NCBI RefSeq assembly: GCF_902713615.1
Contig: NW_024055491.1
Span: forward strand, 124,001 to 188,000
Direction of reading: 5' to 3'
Source: Scyliorhinus canicula
Lineage: Eukaryota
DNA: 64,000 nt
The notes below the pieces were generated by a model, which was given only the letters and a program-made list of their open reading frames with translations, had not been told where the DNA came from and searched no databases. Position 1 is the stretch's first letter. Each line of letters starts with the position of its first letter. Positions 11,474 through 22,756 of this stretch are shown here, piece after piece. A program made the translations under genes and the position numbers.

Positions 11474-12119
11474 ACCCCATCCCTTGCCCACCACCGGCCA
11501 GCGACCCCCGCTCTACCAGTTTCCCACAGCGGCAACTCCCCCCCTCCAGCACCCCCTGCGTCCTCCAGCTCCTTCCTGACCGTTTCAGCAGCAACCCGGT
11601 ACCCCCCCCCCCCCCCAGGCTAGGACCCCTCCTAGCCGCGCCCTTCCCTCCATAGCACCCCTGTGAGCCAGCTAACTTCTGCTGACCCCGGCAACTCCCG
11701 CCCTACCTCCGACTCCTCCCCATGTGGGACTACCCCATCTCCAGCGTACCCGTCAACGGGTCCTCCCCCCCCCCCGCTCTTGCACGGGAAAAGAAAACAG
11801 ATAGCAACGACCCGCGCTTCTCAGCCCCGACCCCGCCCCCACCATCTCCCAGCGCGGGAAACCCGCAGAAAGCCCGCGCATTCGCCCTGCCCGGCTCCGC
11901 CTCCTCCAGGACTACTCCCATTGTCAGTTCCCCCCACCAGCCTCCCGAACTCCCCAGTTTACCCCCTCTGCCCGAACCCGTCCACCAGACCCCTACAGAA
12001 AACCCCATATAGAAAAGACAAATCGACATCACCCCACCCACCCTAAGGCCAACCCACATCTTACATTAAACCAAGCAAATACAAATACAGTATTATACAG
12101 CATCCCCCATCTTAGACCC

Positions 12120-12955
12120 TCAGTTTGAGTCCAATTTCTCGGCCTGCACAAAGGCCCACACCTCCTCCGGGGACTCAATATAATGGTGCCGATCCTGATA
12201 GGTGACCCACAGACGCGCCAGCTGCAACATGCCAAACTTCACACTCCGTCTATGGAGCACCGCCTTCGTCCGGTTAAACCCGGCCCTCCGCCTCGCCACC
12301 TCCGCACCCCAGTCCTGGAAGATCCGCACCTCCGTGTTCTCCCACTTGCTGCTCCGCTCCTTCTTGGCACACCGGAGCACACACTCACGATCCACGAACC
12401 GATGAAACCGCACCAACACCGCTCGTTCAGCTTGGGCCTCCTAGCCATAATTCTGTGGGCCCCCTCTAACTCCAGGGGCCCCTGGAGGGACCCAGCCCCT
12501 TTAACATAGTTTAACATAGCCGCCACATAGGCCGCTAGGTCCGACCCCTCCAGCCCCTCCGTGAGGCCCAGGATCCGCAAATTCTTCCTCCTCGACCGGT
12601 TGTCCAGCTCCTTGGACCGCTCCTGCCATCTTTTCTGGAGAGCCTCGTGCATCTCCACCTTCTCTGCCACGGCCACAACCTCATCCTCCCTTTCGGAGGC
12701 CTGCTGCTGCAGCTCCCGGATCGCAGCCCCGTGGGCTGTCTGGGTCTCCATCAGCTCCCTGTTTGTTACCTTCAGCGACTCCAGCAGCTCCAACTTAAGC
12801 TCCTGGAAGCAGCGCAGCAGAGTCGCCTGCTGCTCCTGAGCCCACTGCCTCAGCTCCTCAAGGCCTCCGCCGGCCGCCATTTTGTCTTCCTTCCCCCGCT
12901 TTTTCAGGGGTGCTTTCTCCGGTTTTCTCCTTACCCCACTCCTGGTCCGGGCCAT
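12120..12955 (-). pseudogene. L1 ORF1p (coiled coil plus RRM/CTD), one frameshift
   Basis: LDNRSRRKNLRILGLTEGLEG, LEGAHR, then VRFHRF...VRIFQDWGAEVARRRAGF in the next frame. Confidence 0.85.
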
Positions 12956-13104
12956 AGGACCGTTGGGGTCGACTCCTCTCTTCTTCCCACGTCGGGATTT
13001 GCCAACACAGCTCCGTTGGGGGCCCTGAAAAGAGCCCCAAAGTCCGTTTTCAGCGGGAGCTGCCGAATGTGCGGTTTAGCTCCTCATTGCCGCCACCGGA
13101 AGTC

Positions 13105-13480
13105 GCATTATGGATATTTACTAACAGGACAAAGTCAGACATGCGGCAGTTTTCTCAATGACAGAGCTTCGGTCTCTTCAAAACAATCAAAAATAGGTAG
13201 TTTCCACAGTTCTAGTCTGGTCCCTAAATGGGAGATGGTCACATGCCCAAGGAATTTCCACATCCCAGTGGGAAGCCCGATATTCCGCTTCAAGGAATCT
13301 TCTAAGTGTGACATGAAGGTCCTACACCGAAACATTGATCATCGCAATTGGGGGTCAACAGCTGCAAACTCAGAAAATGGCGACAGGACCAGTGGATTTA
13401 GCAGCTTTGAAATAGACACAACCCGAGAAAATGACAACCTGGAACGACAATTGGGAGTTTCATGTGCAACACTTCTTTCA
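13105..13480 (+). mobile_element. Old RTE-clade LINE, 3' continuation beyond the L1 insertion
   Basis: IY*QDKVRHAAV, MGDGHMPKEF and VGSPIFRFKESSKCDMK match the RTE C-terminal consensus (W.DKV.N..V; RM.DGR.PK; GRP.LRFKD..K.DMK). Confidence 0.7.
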
Positions 13481-13564
13481 AACCCAGTGGATGTATTTGC
13501 TGTGTATCTATTGGAAATAGACGGATGCCTGTAACCTTTGTGAAATTCTGTTGCACACAACATG

Positions 13565-13697
13565 ATGTGTTTCACACAAACACACGCACAAATTCGCTTT
13601 CACACATACACACACAGCGAAACACACACATTTAGATAGACGCACACACACCCAGTCTTTCACACACGCATTCTCTCTGTCTGACACGCACACCCAC
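13565..13697. repeat. Degenerate (CA)n microsatellite
   Basis: Interrupted CA runs seen directly. Confidence 0.85.
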
Positions 13698-13700
13698 ATT

Positions 13701-13953
13701 TTCCCTTTGGATTGGATTTGTTTATTGTCACGTGTGCCGAGGTACAGTGGAAAGTATTTTTCTGCAAGCAGCTCAACAGATCATTCAGTACATGGAAGAA
13801 TAGGGAATTAAACAAAATTCAAGAAAATACATGAGAGCTTTAGAATTATTTTTTAAAAGGTTAGAACGAGTATAAGTTAAGTTAGAAGTGGATCTGTTGG
13901 GGAGAGCTTGCAGAGAGTCGCCTCGCTCCACGCCATCTTGCAACTTAAGATCC
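13701..13953 (-). mobile_element. Short bipartite LINE-derived element (5'UTR-like head joined to a LINE 3' tail)
   Basis: Minus strand starts ...gttgCAAGATGGCGtggagcg... and ends ...gtgacaataaacaaatccaatccaaaggg; catttt on both sides is a possible TSD. Confidence 0.4.
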
Positions 13954-14464
13954 CATTTTAACTTCCTTGGAGGCTTCGGAGACAACGAACCAAACCATCT
14001 TTCAGGTGGTATAATGTACCAGTAAACCCTCCCCATCACCATGTTTGTTAAGGTGAATATTAAATTTCCTATGGACTCCATACAGCGCCCAGGTAAACAT
14101 TCCTCCATTTAACAAAAGTGAACAAAAACGCGTGAGCAGGAATTGAGCCGCTTTGCTCTGGTGCTGATCTCAATGTGGGAGAATCAACCAGCGACACCTA
14201 AAATTAGTTACACCTTAAATTCCGGCACCTCCCGCAGAAGGAGATGTGATATTACATTTATGGAAATGGATCATTGATACATCAACATCATGGATCATAC
14301 CTGACAGAAACATTTTCACAGTAACTGCAATTGCAAAGTTTGGCCAGCAGATGGAATTTAAATCGAGATGCCTTACATTACATGAAGCAGACATTAACTA
14401 AATAATTACTGCACTGCTCCCTGTCTCTGTTAATTTTAAAATAATAACCTCCATTATTGTCAGT

Positions 14465-14612
14465 AACCTTTATTATTGTTACAAGTAGCCTTACATGAAC
14501 ACTGCAATGAAGTTACTGTGAAAATCCCCTATTCGCCATACTCGGGCGCCTGTTCGGGTACACAGAGGGAGAATTCAGAATGTCCAATTCACCTAACAGC
14601 ACGTGTTTCGGG
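14465..14612 (-). mobile_element. V-SINE (HE1-like) 3' fragment
   Basis: gtaggcttaca...gaagttactgtgaaaatcccct...gggagaattcagaatgtcc tail shared with the SINEs at 26545, 39478 and 62651. Confidence 0.75.
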
Positions 14613-14739
14613 GCTCCATCTGTATGTTTGTTAGACTAGACTCTGTCTTTGTCTATATTCCGTGATACTCTGTTTTAATTAAAACTGCACCAGTACATGT
14701 CAATGTTTATATCACAACGTCACTGTGACCCCATTTTCA

Positions 14740-16500
14740 ATTGGTAGGATCTAGCTTTGCAGTTCTGCCACATCCAGTCCTGAATAGTGCAGTTGTACTC
14801 GGAGAAGTAGCCGGATCAGGAATCTCAATAAAATCCCCCTCCTCAATGATGGGGGAACCCAACACGTCAGTGTAAAAAAAAAGACTGAAACTTTGGTACC
14901 ATCTTCTGCCAGACGTGCCGAGAGGATCGTCCACCTCGGCGTCCTCTGGTGGTCTTCTTCATCAGAGATGTCAGTCTTCAGGCAATTTGATTCAGTCCAC
15001 ACAACATCAAGAAACGGCTGCAGGCAATGAAAATGTTATTAACCTGGCAACATTCTAGCAACATACTAAAGATGTGTGCTCTAAAACTGGCTGCGCCTCA
15101 GGCAAATTGCTCCAGTGCAGGTACAGCACTGGCATGTACTCAATAATGTGTAGCGTTGCCAAACATGCCTCGTTCACAAAAGGCATTATCAATCCAATCT
15201 GGCTAATTATTGACTCTTCAGTCTGCACGTGATCATCAGTAAATTGATGAAAAGTGTCACCCTGACACGTACAGTGTCTCAGGCCCAAGCTTCACCATTC
15301 ACGCAAGGTCAGAACTGAGGATTTTGCTGATGTAGACCCAACGTCCTGCACCATATTCGACTCCTCTAATACTGAAGCAGTCTGTCTTTATATGCAGCAA
15401 GATTTGGACAACATTCAGGCTTGGGCTGACAAGTGTCAGGCAATAAACATCTCAAAAAGTAAGATTCTAACCATCTCCCCTTGATTTTAAATGACACTAC
15501 CGTGATTGAATCCCCCACTATCCACATCTTAGGGATTATCATTATCACTGATGATAGCCTCACGGTAGCATAGGGCCTCACGGTAGCATGGTGGTTAGCA
15601 TCAATGCTTCACAGCTCCAGGGTCCCAGGTTCAATTCCCGGCCGGTCACTGTCTGTGTGGAGTCTGCACGTCCTCCCCGTGTGTGCGTGGGTTTCCTCCG
15701 GGTGCTCCGGTTTCCTCCCACAGTCCAAAGATGTGCGGGTTAGGTGGATTGGCCATGCTAAATTGCCCGTAGTGTAAGGTTAATGGAGGATTGTTGGGTT
15801 ACGGGTATACGGGTTACGTGGGTTTAAGTGGGGTGATCATTGCTCGGCACAACATCGAGGGCCGAAGGGGCTGTACTGTTCTATAGACTGAACTGGCAGA
15901 ACCATTTAAATAATGTGACGACTCAGTGGCTCTAAATTCTGCGGTGAGTAACTCACCTCCTGACTTCCCAACCCCTGTCCATCACCTAGGTGAAGGTGTC
16001 TTCACCTAGAAGGCAGTAGTCAGTAGTGTGACTGAATATCCCACATTTGTCTCACGTGTGCCCCTCAAGCAACACTTGAGAATCTCGACGCCATCCAGCA
16101 CAAAGCATTCGGCTCGAGGAACACCCCATCCACCAGCTGAAACATTCACTCCATCAGGGGTGTACAATTCCAGCAGCGTGAACGATATACAGGATCTACT
16201 GCAGCAACTGCCTCCTTCTGGAGCACCTTCCACATCCACGAACACTGCGACTAAAAGGAGAACGGCAGCAGGTGCATTGTAACAGCAGGGCCTGCAAGTT
16301 CCCCGCCAAGCCACACACCATCCTGATGGGAACTACATTTCTGGTCCTTCACTGACAGGGGTAAAAATCCTGGAACTCCCTTCCTATCAGCTCTATGGAT
16401 GCACTTGCTCAGGATGGGATGCAATGATTGAATAAGAGGGCTCAACACCACATTCTCAAGGGTAATTAGGAATTGACATCAAATACTGACGTTACTGGGG
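14740..16500 (+). mobile_element. Degenerate CR1/L2-superfamily LINE RT region, interrupted by a SINE
   Basis: Plus frames IPLLNDGGTQHVS, KLLQCRYSTGMY, RIFAD, QQDLDNIQAWADK and LRRVTHLLT resemble this shark LINE family. Confidence 0.7.
15573..15886 (+). mobile_element. HE1-like tRNA-derived V-SINE
   Basis: A-box (tggttagc) and B-box (ggttcaattcc), V-domain gggtttcctccgggtgctccggtttcctcccacagtccaaaga, CR1-like tail. A 15-nt duplicate of its 5' end lies just upstream (15557-15571). Confidence 0.9.
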
Positions 16501-17040
16501 ACACCAATATCCCACTAAATAATTTTAAACATATCATATCTCTGTTTATATTCACCTATTCCCCGCCTCTGCCCATATTACACTCGGCCGTATGTCGATC
16601 ACATTACAGCAGGTCCTGTCTCAGTTTTCCTGCACTCGGCTGAATATCAGTTGTTAATATACGGGGCCCACACCCTGTTTCTATTAGAAATCCTCAATTA
16701 TGACGCACTGAACCATGTCTCGGTTAGTCTGGCAAGAAACACGTCACAATGGTTACTGCGTCAGAACGTTTATCTGTGAATCGTAACTGGAACAACATTC
16801 TGTTTGCACCACATGTGGTTCTGTCTCAGTTATTACTCTATTAGATTATAATAAAGTCAATCCTGCCTTAGTTAACGCTGCACCTGTCCATGTCCCTGTT
16901 TATATAACACTCAGCCCTGCCTCTGCTATTCTTGTGTTGTACGATGTCCCTGTCACTGCTGCATTGTCCATGTCTCAGTTTGTGTCAGTCGGCACTCCCC
17001 TCAACCAGAACTCAGATTATATTGCACTAGACCCAGCCTC
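16500..17040 (+). repeat. Degenerate array of the 27-bp 'gaccctgtctcagtttatattaatcta' minisatellite family
   Basis: Recurrent cctgtctc(a/g)gtt and tttatat motifs; cleaner arrays at 32630-32890 and 49440-49570. Confidence 0.55.
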
Positions 17041-17053
17041 TGCTTATGCTATC

Positions 17054-17348
17054 GGCGGCACGGTGGCACAGTGGTTAGCACCGCTGCCTCCCCGCTCCAG
17101 GGTTCAATACTTGACGGTCTGTCTGGAGTTTCTACTTTCTCCCTGTGTCTGCGTGGCATTCTTCCGGGTGCTCCGGTTTACTCCCATAGTTCAAAGATGT
17201 TCAGGTGAGGTGGATTGGGCATTTTAAATTGTCCCTTATTGTCAAGAGATGTACAGGTCATGGTGCAAAGGCGGGGAATTGGGGAGGGTGATCTTTCAGT
17301 GGTCGGTGCAGATGGTCTGACTGGCCTTCTGCCCTATCGGGATTCTAT
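17054..17348 (+). mobile_element. Older V-SINE copy
   Basis: ggcggcacggtggcacagtggttagcac head, V-domain and tail. Confidence 0.8.
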
Positions 17349-17763
17349 TTTTGGTCCTGAATCTGCCCATATTTTCTAAGACCTGCTCACTTTTATTAAT
17401 ACACTAGACGATGCCTCTGTTTGAATTGTGTGCGCATTATTCCAAATGTCTTTGAGATGGAACGATAATATAATAATTACATATTTTGGACAGAAAATGA
17501 CACCTGGCAACAACCTGAAACAGGATGTATGGTGTGTACAGTGTATGCTGTGCAGCACTTCATATCCATTTTCAGTGCAGTCAGCAGAATTAGATTTCAG
17601 TTGTCACTCCTTCTTTGCCATTGCTAAAGACCAACGTCTACCCCATAGAACTGTAGGAGTAGTAGGATGCAGAGTGTTGAGCTCATAAGGCATAGGAGCC
17701 GAATTAGGCCATTCGGCCCATCGAGCCTGCCCCGCCATTCAAACGTGGCTGATAGGTTTCTTA

Positions 17764-18105
17764 TAGATACATAGAACAGTACAGCACAGAACAGGCCCTT
17801 CGGCCCTCAATGTTGTGCCGAGCCGTGATCACCGTACTCAAACCCACGTATCCACCCTATACCCGTAACCCAACAACCCCCCCACTTAACCTTACTTTAA
17901 TTAGGACACTACGGGCAATTTAGCATGGCCAATCCACCTAACCCGCACATCTTTGGACTGTGGGAGGAAACCGGAGCACCCGGAGGAAACCCACGCACAC
18001 AGGGGGAGGACGTGCAGACTCCACACAGACAGTGACCCAGCCGGGAATCGAACCTGGGACCCTGGAGCTGTGAAGCATTTATGCTAACCACCATGCTACC
18101 CTGCT
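17764..18105 (-). mobile_element. HE1-like V-SINE inserted into a CR1 3' fragment (CR1 at ~17643-18365, minus)
   Basis: Reverse complement of the 15573 SINE with a (tagaaca)n tail; flanking ORF RRNFFSQRMVNLWNALLQKAVEA is the CR1 C-terminus. Confidence 0.85.
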
Positions 18106-19269
18106 GAGTTTAAGAAACATGAAATAGAGCAATAATTACATAGAATTTACAGTTTCTGATCCCCATTCTCCTGCCTTCTCACCATAACCCTTGATCCCCT
18201 TATTAATTAAGAACCTATCTATTTCTGTCTTAAAGACACTCAGTACTTTGGCCTCCACAGCCTTCTGCAGCAAAGCGTTCCACAGATTCACCATCCTCTG
18301 GCTGAAGAAATTCCTCCTCATCTCTGTTTTAAAGGACTGTCCCTTTAGTCTGAGATTGTGCCCTCGTAAATCTCCGGTCTGGAAGATGCTCTTGAAGAAT
18401 TTTTGGCGACTTGCTGCAGTGCATCCCGTCGATGTGACACAATGCAGCTACTATGTGCCAGTTGTGCACGGCATGAATGTTGCTGTCCCATTAGGTTCTG
18501 TCTCAGTTATTTATTTAATGCTCCTCTGTTTATACAGTATAACACAATTCCAACTATTCCATTCCCTTGGTCTATTGCACTAGGCCCAGGCAATAGAAGT
18601 TAAGTTGTACAATTTGAAGTGGCTGCAAGAAGATCAGAGAGATCTGCAGTTGTATGTACACACAGCTAGGGTGCTGACAAGACAGATTGTGACGTTTATC
18701 TGGGCATAGATCAGCATTGCTCGCTGAAGAATTTTACATTTTCACTGTTCCTTCAGGTTTTTTTATCTTCATAATTTCCACCCCAGCCACTTTCCATATT
18801 ATTGCGCATGGTCTACCGCAGCAATTACTGAGGCCGGGTCCAATGTAATATGAACAGAAATATGGCCCAGTGCAGAACTGAGGTTGTATCTCATGTAATA
18901 CAAACAGACATGTCTAAATTAGTATAAAAAGAGTCAGGTTCTAGGTTAATGTAAACAGAGACAACCAGGATCCATAAGACCATAAGGTATAGGAGCAGAA
19001 TTAGACCATTCGGCCCATCGAGACTGCTCGCCGTTCAATTATGGTGATATGTTCCTCATCCTCATTTCCTGCCTTCTCCCAATAACCCCTGATCCCCTTA
19101 TTGATCAAGGTATATCTTCCATCTGGTGGCCTTCATTAATATGAACAGAGATTGGGACGAGTGTAATATAAACAGAAACAGGTCCTTATTTAATATAAAA
19201 GGGACACAGGTACTAGGTAGTAGAACATAAACAGAGACGGGCTGACGGCCTGGTGCAATAGAGGCAGGG

Positions 19270-19800
19270 CCTACTGTCCCTTCAAACACTCGCAGGACAG
19301 GTGCACAACGGGTTGGGGACAAAGAGAAACTTCCTCTACACTGTGCGCATCAAACATTCCCAGAGCAGCTGCAGATTGTTTAGGTACAGAATAGAATTCC
19401 TTCCACATATCTCGCTCAATCACATTAAAGGCCTGGAAACAAGGGGTCTATACCAGGTAAAACCTCTTCCTCACGCACCCTTCAGAGATTCCGAAGACAG
19501 ATTGACTGTGATGTTAGTTACAGGGTAAAGAATCCTCTGCACTGTCCCATCAAACTCACCCAGGTCAGGTACAGCACAGTTCATATACGGAGTAAATCTG
19601 CCTATGCACAGTCATACCAAACACTCGCAGGGCAGGTTCAGTCCAGGTTAGATGCAAGTAAAGCTTTCTCTACACTGTCCAATCAAGCTCCACAAGAGGA
19701 CGGCAGCTTGGGCAGATACAAGGAAAGAGCTTTTGGCCCTGCCACATCAAATGCTAGCCGCCATGTGCAGCCCGGAACAGCTGGAGAGTAAAATTGTCTC
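19270..19800 (+). repeat. Degenerate ~65-70-bp tandem repeat (aaacactc-cagg-caggtacagcac...tacagagtaaagct.cctctacactgtccc)
   Basis: About 7 diverged units; also at 27385-27510, 40320-40440 and 48720-49170. Confidence 0.7.
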
Positions 19801-20657
19801 TGTAGTTCTCATTAAATACTCCAAAGTCATTGAATGCTACAACCAAATTTTAGAGTAAAACTCCCTTTACGTATTCCAATTCATTGGATTCCATCCGTAT
19901 ACTTGGAAGTCAACGGGGTGAGATCGGGCTGGCAGAATATATTGGCCACATGTTGATTTCATGTTGTCGATTAAAGACAATGACCCATCGTGGAGAGACA
20001 TGAGACAGAACCAGTTAGGAGAAAGACGGAGAGGGAGATGGGATACAGGCAAACTCTGCGAACACATTTGACCTGTCATTATATTTTGAGATTAGAGGGA
20101 ATCTTTCCTAATTCTGAACATGGATATCAGCATGACATTTTTCTCAGATAACTTGAATAAAAAATGTCCAAGAACAAACACTATCGGAATCAGTTGTTCT
20201 ATTTGCATCTTTGCCTCTATTTCTGTGCTGTGTTGGTGGGGAAATAGTTGTTGTGTTGATGTCAGTCCACAATCTAATCTGGGACTTCTATTTCTGTATT
20301 TTTTTTACATAAACACCTCACTGGTCACAATGAAGTGTTCATGTCAGAAAAACGAGATAAACACAGTCATGTATTGATTAGTTGCAACTCAAAATAGCGG
20401 GTTATTTTAAGAATATTGTCAGTTAGTTAAAATGAATAGAAACTTCCATTAGAACAGATGTTACTTAATTTAAATAAAAATACTTTTAAATTAAGTATTC
20501 ATTCTGAAAGTCCTGATGCTTCAATTAATAAAGCATTATCAACCAGGCTGTTATTCCACTGAATGTTAATTTGAATGAAATATTAAGCGATTTAAACTGG
20601 ACAAATTAAAACATCAGGTAGAGGGGTGACCTATAGTCACATTAATCTCAGATATTT

Positions 20658-20955
20658 CAACTTGCATTTTAAAATGTAAACAGTTGGAAAGAGCTTGCTT
20701 TTGTAAAACGCTTTACCCGACCTCAGGTCATCCCAACGCCCTTAGAACTCAGTGATATATTTTTCCTGAATTTTGTCACTGCTGTAATGTTGGAAACAGA
20801 GCAGGGAATTTGTGCACAGCAAGCTCCCGCATACTGAGATGTGATAAGTGACCAGCTAATCTATGATTTTAGTTGAAGAACGGGCATTGGTCGAGGATAC
20901 TGGGAAAAGCAGCTCTGCTCTTTACAATTATGTCATTGAGGTAATCCACCTGAAA
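20658..20955 (-). mobile_element. Ancient Deu-domain SINE remnant (SacSINE1/AmnSINE1-like); paralogs at ~28338-28630 and ~41258-41550
   Basis: On +: acttgcattt...gtcactgctgtaatgttggaaac...aatttgtgcacagcaagctccc...gtgataa.gaccag.taatc, resembling the reverse of the Deu core as I recall it. Confidence 0.6.
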
Positions 20956-21359
20956 TGTGAATCTGTTCCTCTCTCTGCTGATGCCCACAGGCCTGCTGAG
21001 CAGCCTCTTTTTGTTTTTGTTTTACATTTCCGGAATCTGCAGCACTTTGCACAGTTTTTAACATTCATTCTCGGCAGATGACCCTCACTGACAAAGTCAG
21101 CATTACCTGTCCATCCTGAGGAGCCGGATGTGAACCACCTTTCAGATACGGTGCACTTCGGGTGGTTTAATTCACATCACTGCTGAACTAGTCACATTTC
21201 GGCAAGAAAGGGTCAGGAGGGAAGATTTCTTCTGCGGAAGGATGTTAATGAACCTGCTGAGCTTTGTGCAATTTCGCTAGCTTCATGAGTATTATGGATG
21301 ACAAGACGATTTTTAATTTCTGATTTATCAATTCATTCAATTCAAAGTCCCCCAGCTGC

Positions 21360-22075
21360 CATAAGACCATAAGATGTAGGAGCAGAAGTTGGCCATTCGG
21401 CCCATGGAATATGATCTGCCATTCAATGACATCGTGGCTGATCTGATAAAATCCTCAGCTCTACTTTTCCGCCTCATCCGCATAACCCTTGATTCCCTCA
21501 CTGATAAAAAATTCTGTCTGTCTCAGCCTTGCACATATTTATTGACCCGACCTCTCCAATTCTCTGCAGCAAAGGATTCCATCAAATCACTCCCCTCTGA
21601 GAGAAGAAATCACTCCTCATCCTCGTCTGAAATGAGCGACACCTTACACTGAGATTAATCCCTATGGTCCTAGACTCTCCCATAAGTGGAAACAATCTCT
21701 GACATCTACACTGCCATGCACCCTGAGATTACTATATAGCTCAGTAAGTTTGCCTCTCATTCTTTTCAACTCCAATGCGTGTAGGCCTCACCTACTTAAC
21801 CTCTCCCCATGTCAGTTTCTGTGGTGTGGTTGGTCAGCGTGTTTGGCTGTTAACCGAAATGTCTGTGATTTTATGCCGGATTCTTCTTTATTTGCTGACA
21901 GGTAGAGTAGCGATGGGCTGAAAGATCACTTTATGTGCTGTGAAATTCAACCTACCTTTGAAAATCCCTCCATACCGGGATTAACCTAAAGAACCTTCTC
22001 TGGACTGCCTCCAAAATATCTATCCTTACATAAGGAGACCAAAATTATTCACAGCATTACAATATGCCCTGGTGG
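21360..22075 (-). mobile_element. CR1 LINE 3' fragment; paralogs at ~29110-29830 and ~42030-42745
   Basis: (cataagac)n tail, ggccattcggccc, ggtcctagactctccc, ggagaccaaaa typical of the shark CR1 3' end. Confidence 0.75.
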
Positions 22076-22756
22076 AGTTAGCACTCCTGTCTCTGAGGTA
22101 ATAGCTCAGGCCTCCAGATTATCAGTTTAGTAATAACATTGCGAAACTACCCCGAAGACTGAAATTATTGCATCTAAAAGATGGAACAACTGAGCATTAA
22201 ACATTCCTTCTGCATTGGATCACAGGTCTGGATCATTGGCTCAGGTATCTGTTATGGGAGGTGATATGGTTCCAATGGAACAAACTGTTAACCTATCGTG
22301 GTTCGCATTTTGACATTCTGAAATATTGTGCAATGTATTAAAAGTTCAAACACTGGGTCCAGTCCTACATGGGTCAATTTAATTTTCACAGACTGGTCTT
22401 TTATTAGTCTTGGTCTTATTCTGACACAAAGGTAATAGTGAATGGGAATTCCACTGGGTCCATATAAGATATCAGTAATTCCAAAAATAGCATCGAAAAA
22501 AAGCAAGGCAGAAACACATGTACAACTGGGTCTTCCCACTGTATGAGCTGCACGGTCAGAGCGGTTGGATGCTGGGATTGTTTTCCTTATAACCGAGCAG
22601 GTTATGGGCAGGCATGGCAAAAATGGTCAACATTATGAATGATTAATTAGGAAGAAACTTGATTCACTGGCAGGAGGGTAAGAATACAGAGGACACTGAT
22701 TGCTTAGATATTACTTCTCCCCTCTGATTATAAACCTATCAAATTCTAACAGGATG

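Larger units (their letters stand above)
7364..13104 (-). mobile_element. Full-length L1/Tx1-type LINE (~5.74 kb) with A-rich tail and 11-bp TSD
   Basis: TSD gcattatggat at 7353-7363 and 13105-13115. 5' end GACTTCCGGTGGCGG; AATAAA and poly(A) at ~7364-7390 on minus; ORF1 and ORF2 both present. Confidence 0.95.

Noticed and set aside
7754-12839. Many long Pro-rich plus-strand ORFs
   Set aside because: They are antisense frames of the GC-rich L1.
6797-13575. Minus-strand ORFs 6901-7215, 7016-7351, 13135-13335, 13339-13575 and the plus frame to 13534 first looked like a decayed viral or novel gene split by the L1
   Set aside because: Plus-strand frames contain clear RTE LINE RT and C-terminal motifs on both sides of the TSD, so these ORFs are shadow frames.
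14737-15288. Protein-like minus-strand ORFs (e.g. FFYTDVLGSPIIEEGDF, glyoxalase-like at a glance)
   Set aside because: They are antisense to a CR1/L2-superfamily LINE RT (IPLLNDGGTQHVS... on +).
22288-22620. 110-aa minus-strand ORF in non-TE sequence
   Set aside because: Paralogs at ~30000-30470 and ~42900-43390 are broken by stops and a SINE, and there is no recognisable domain.
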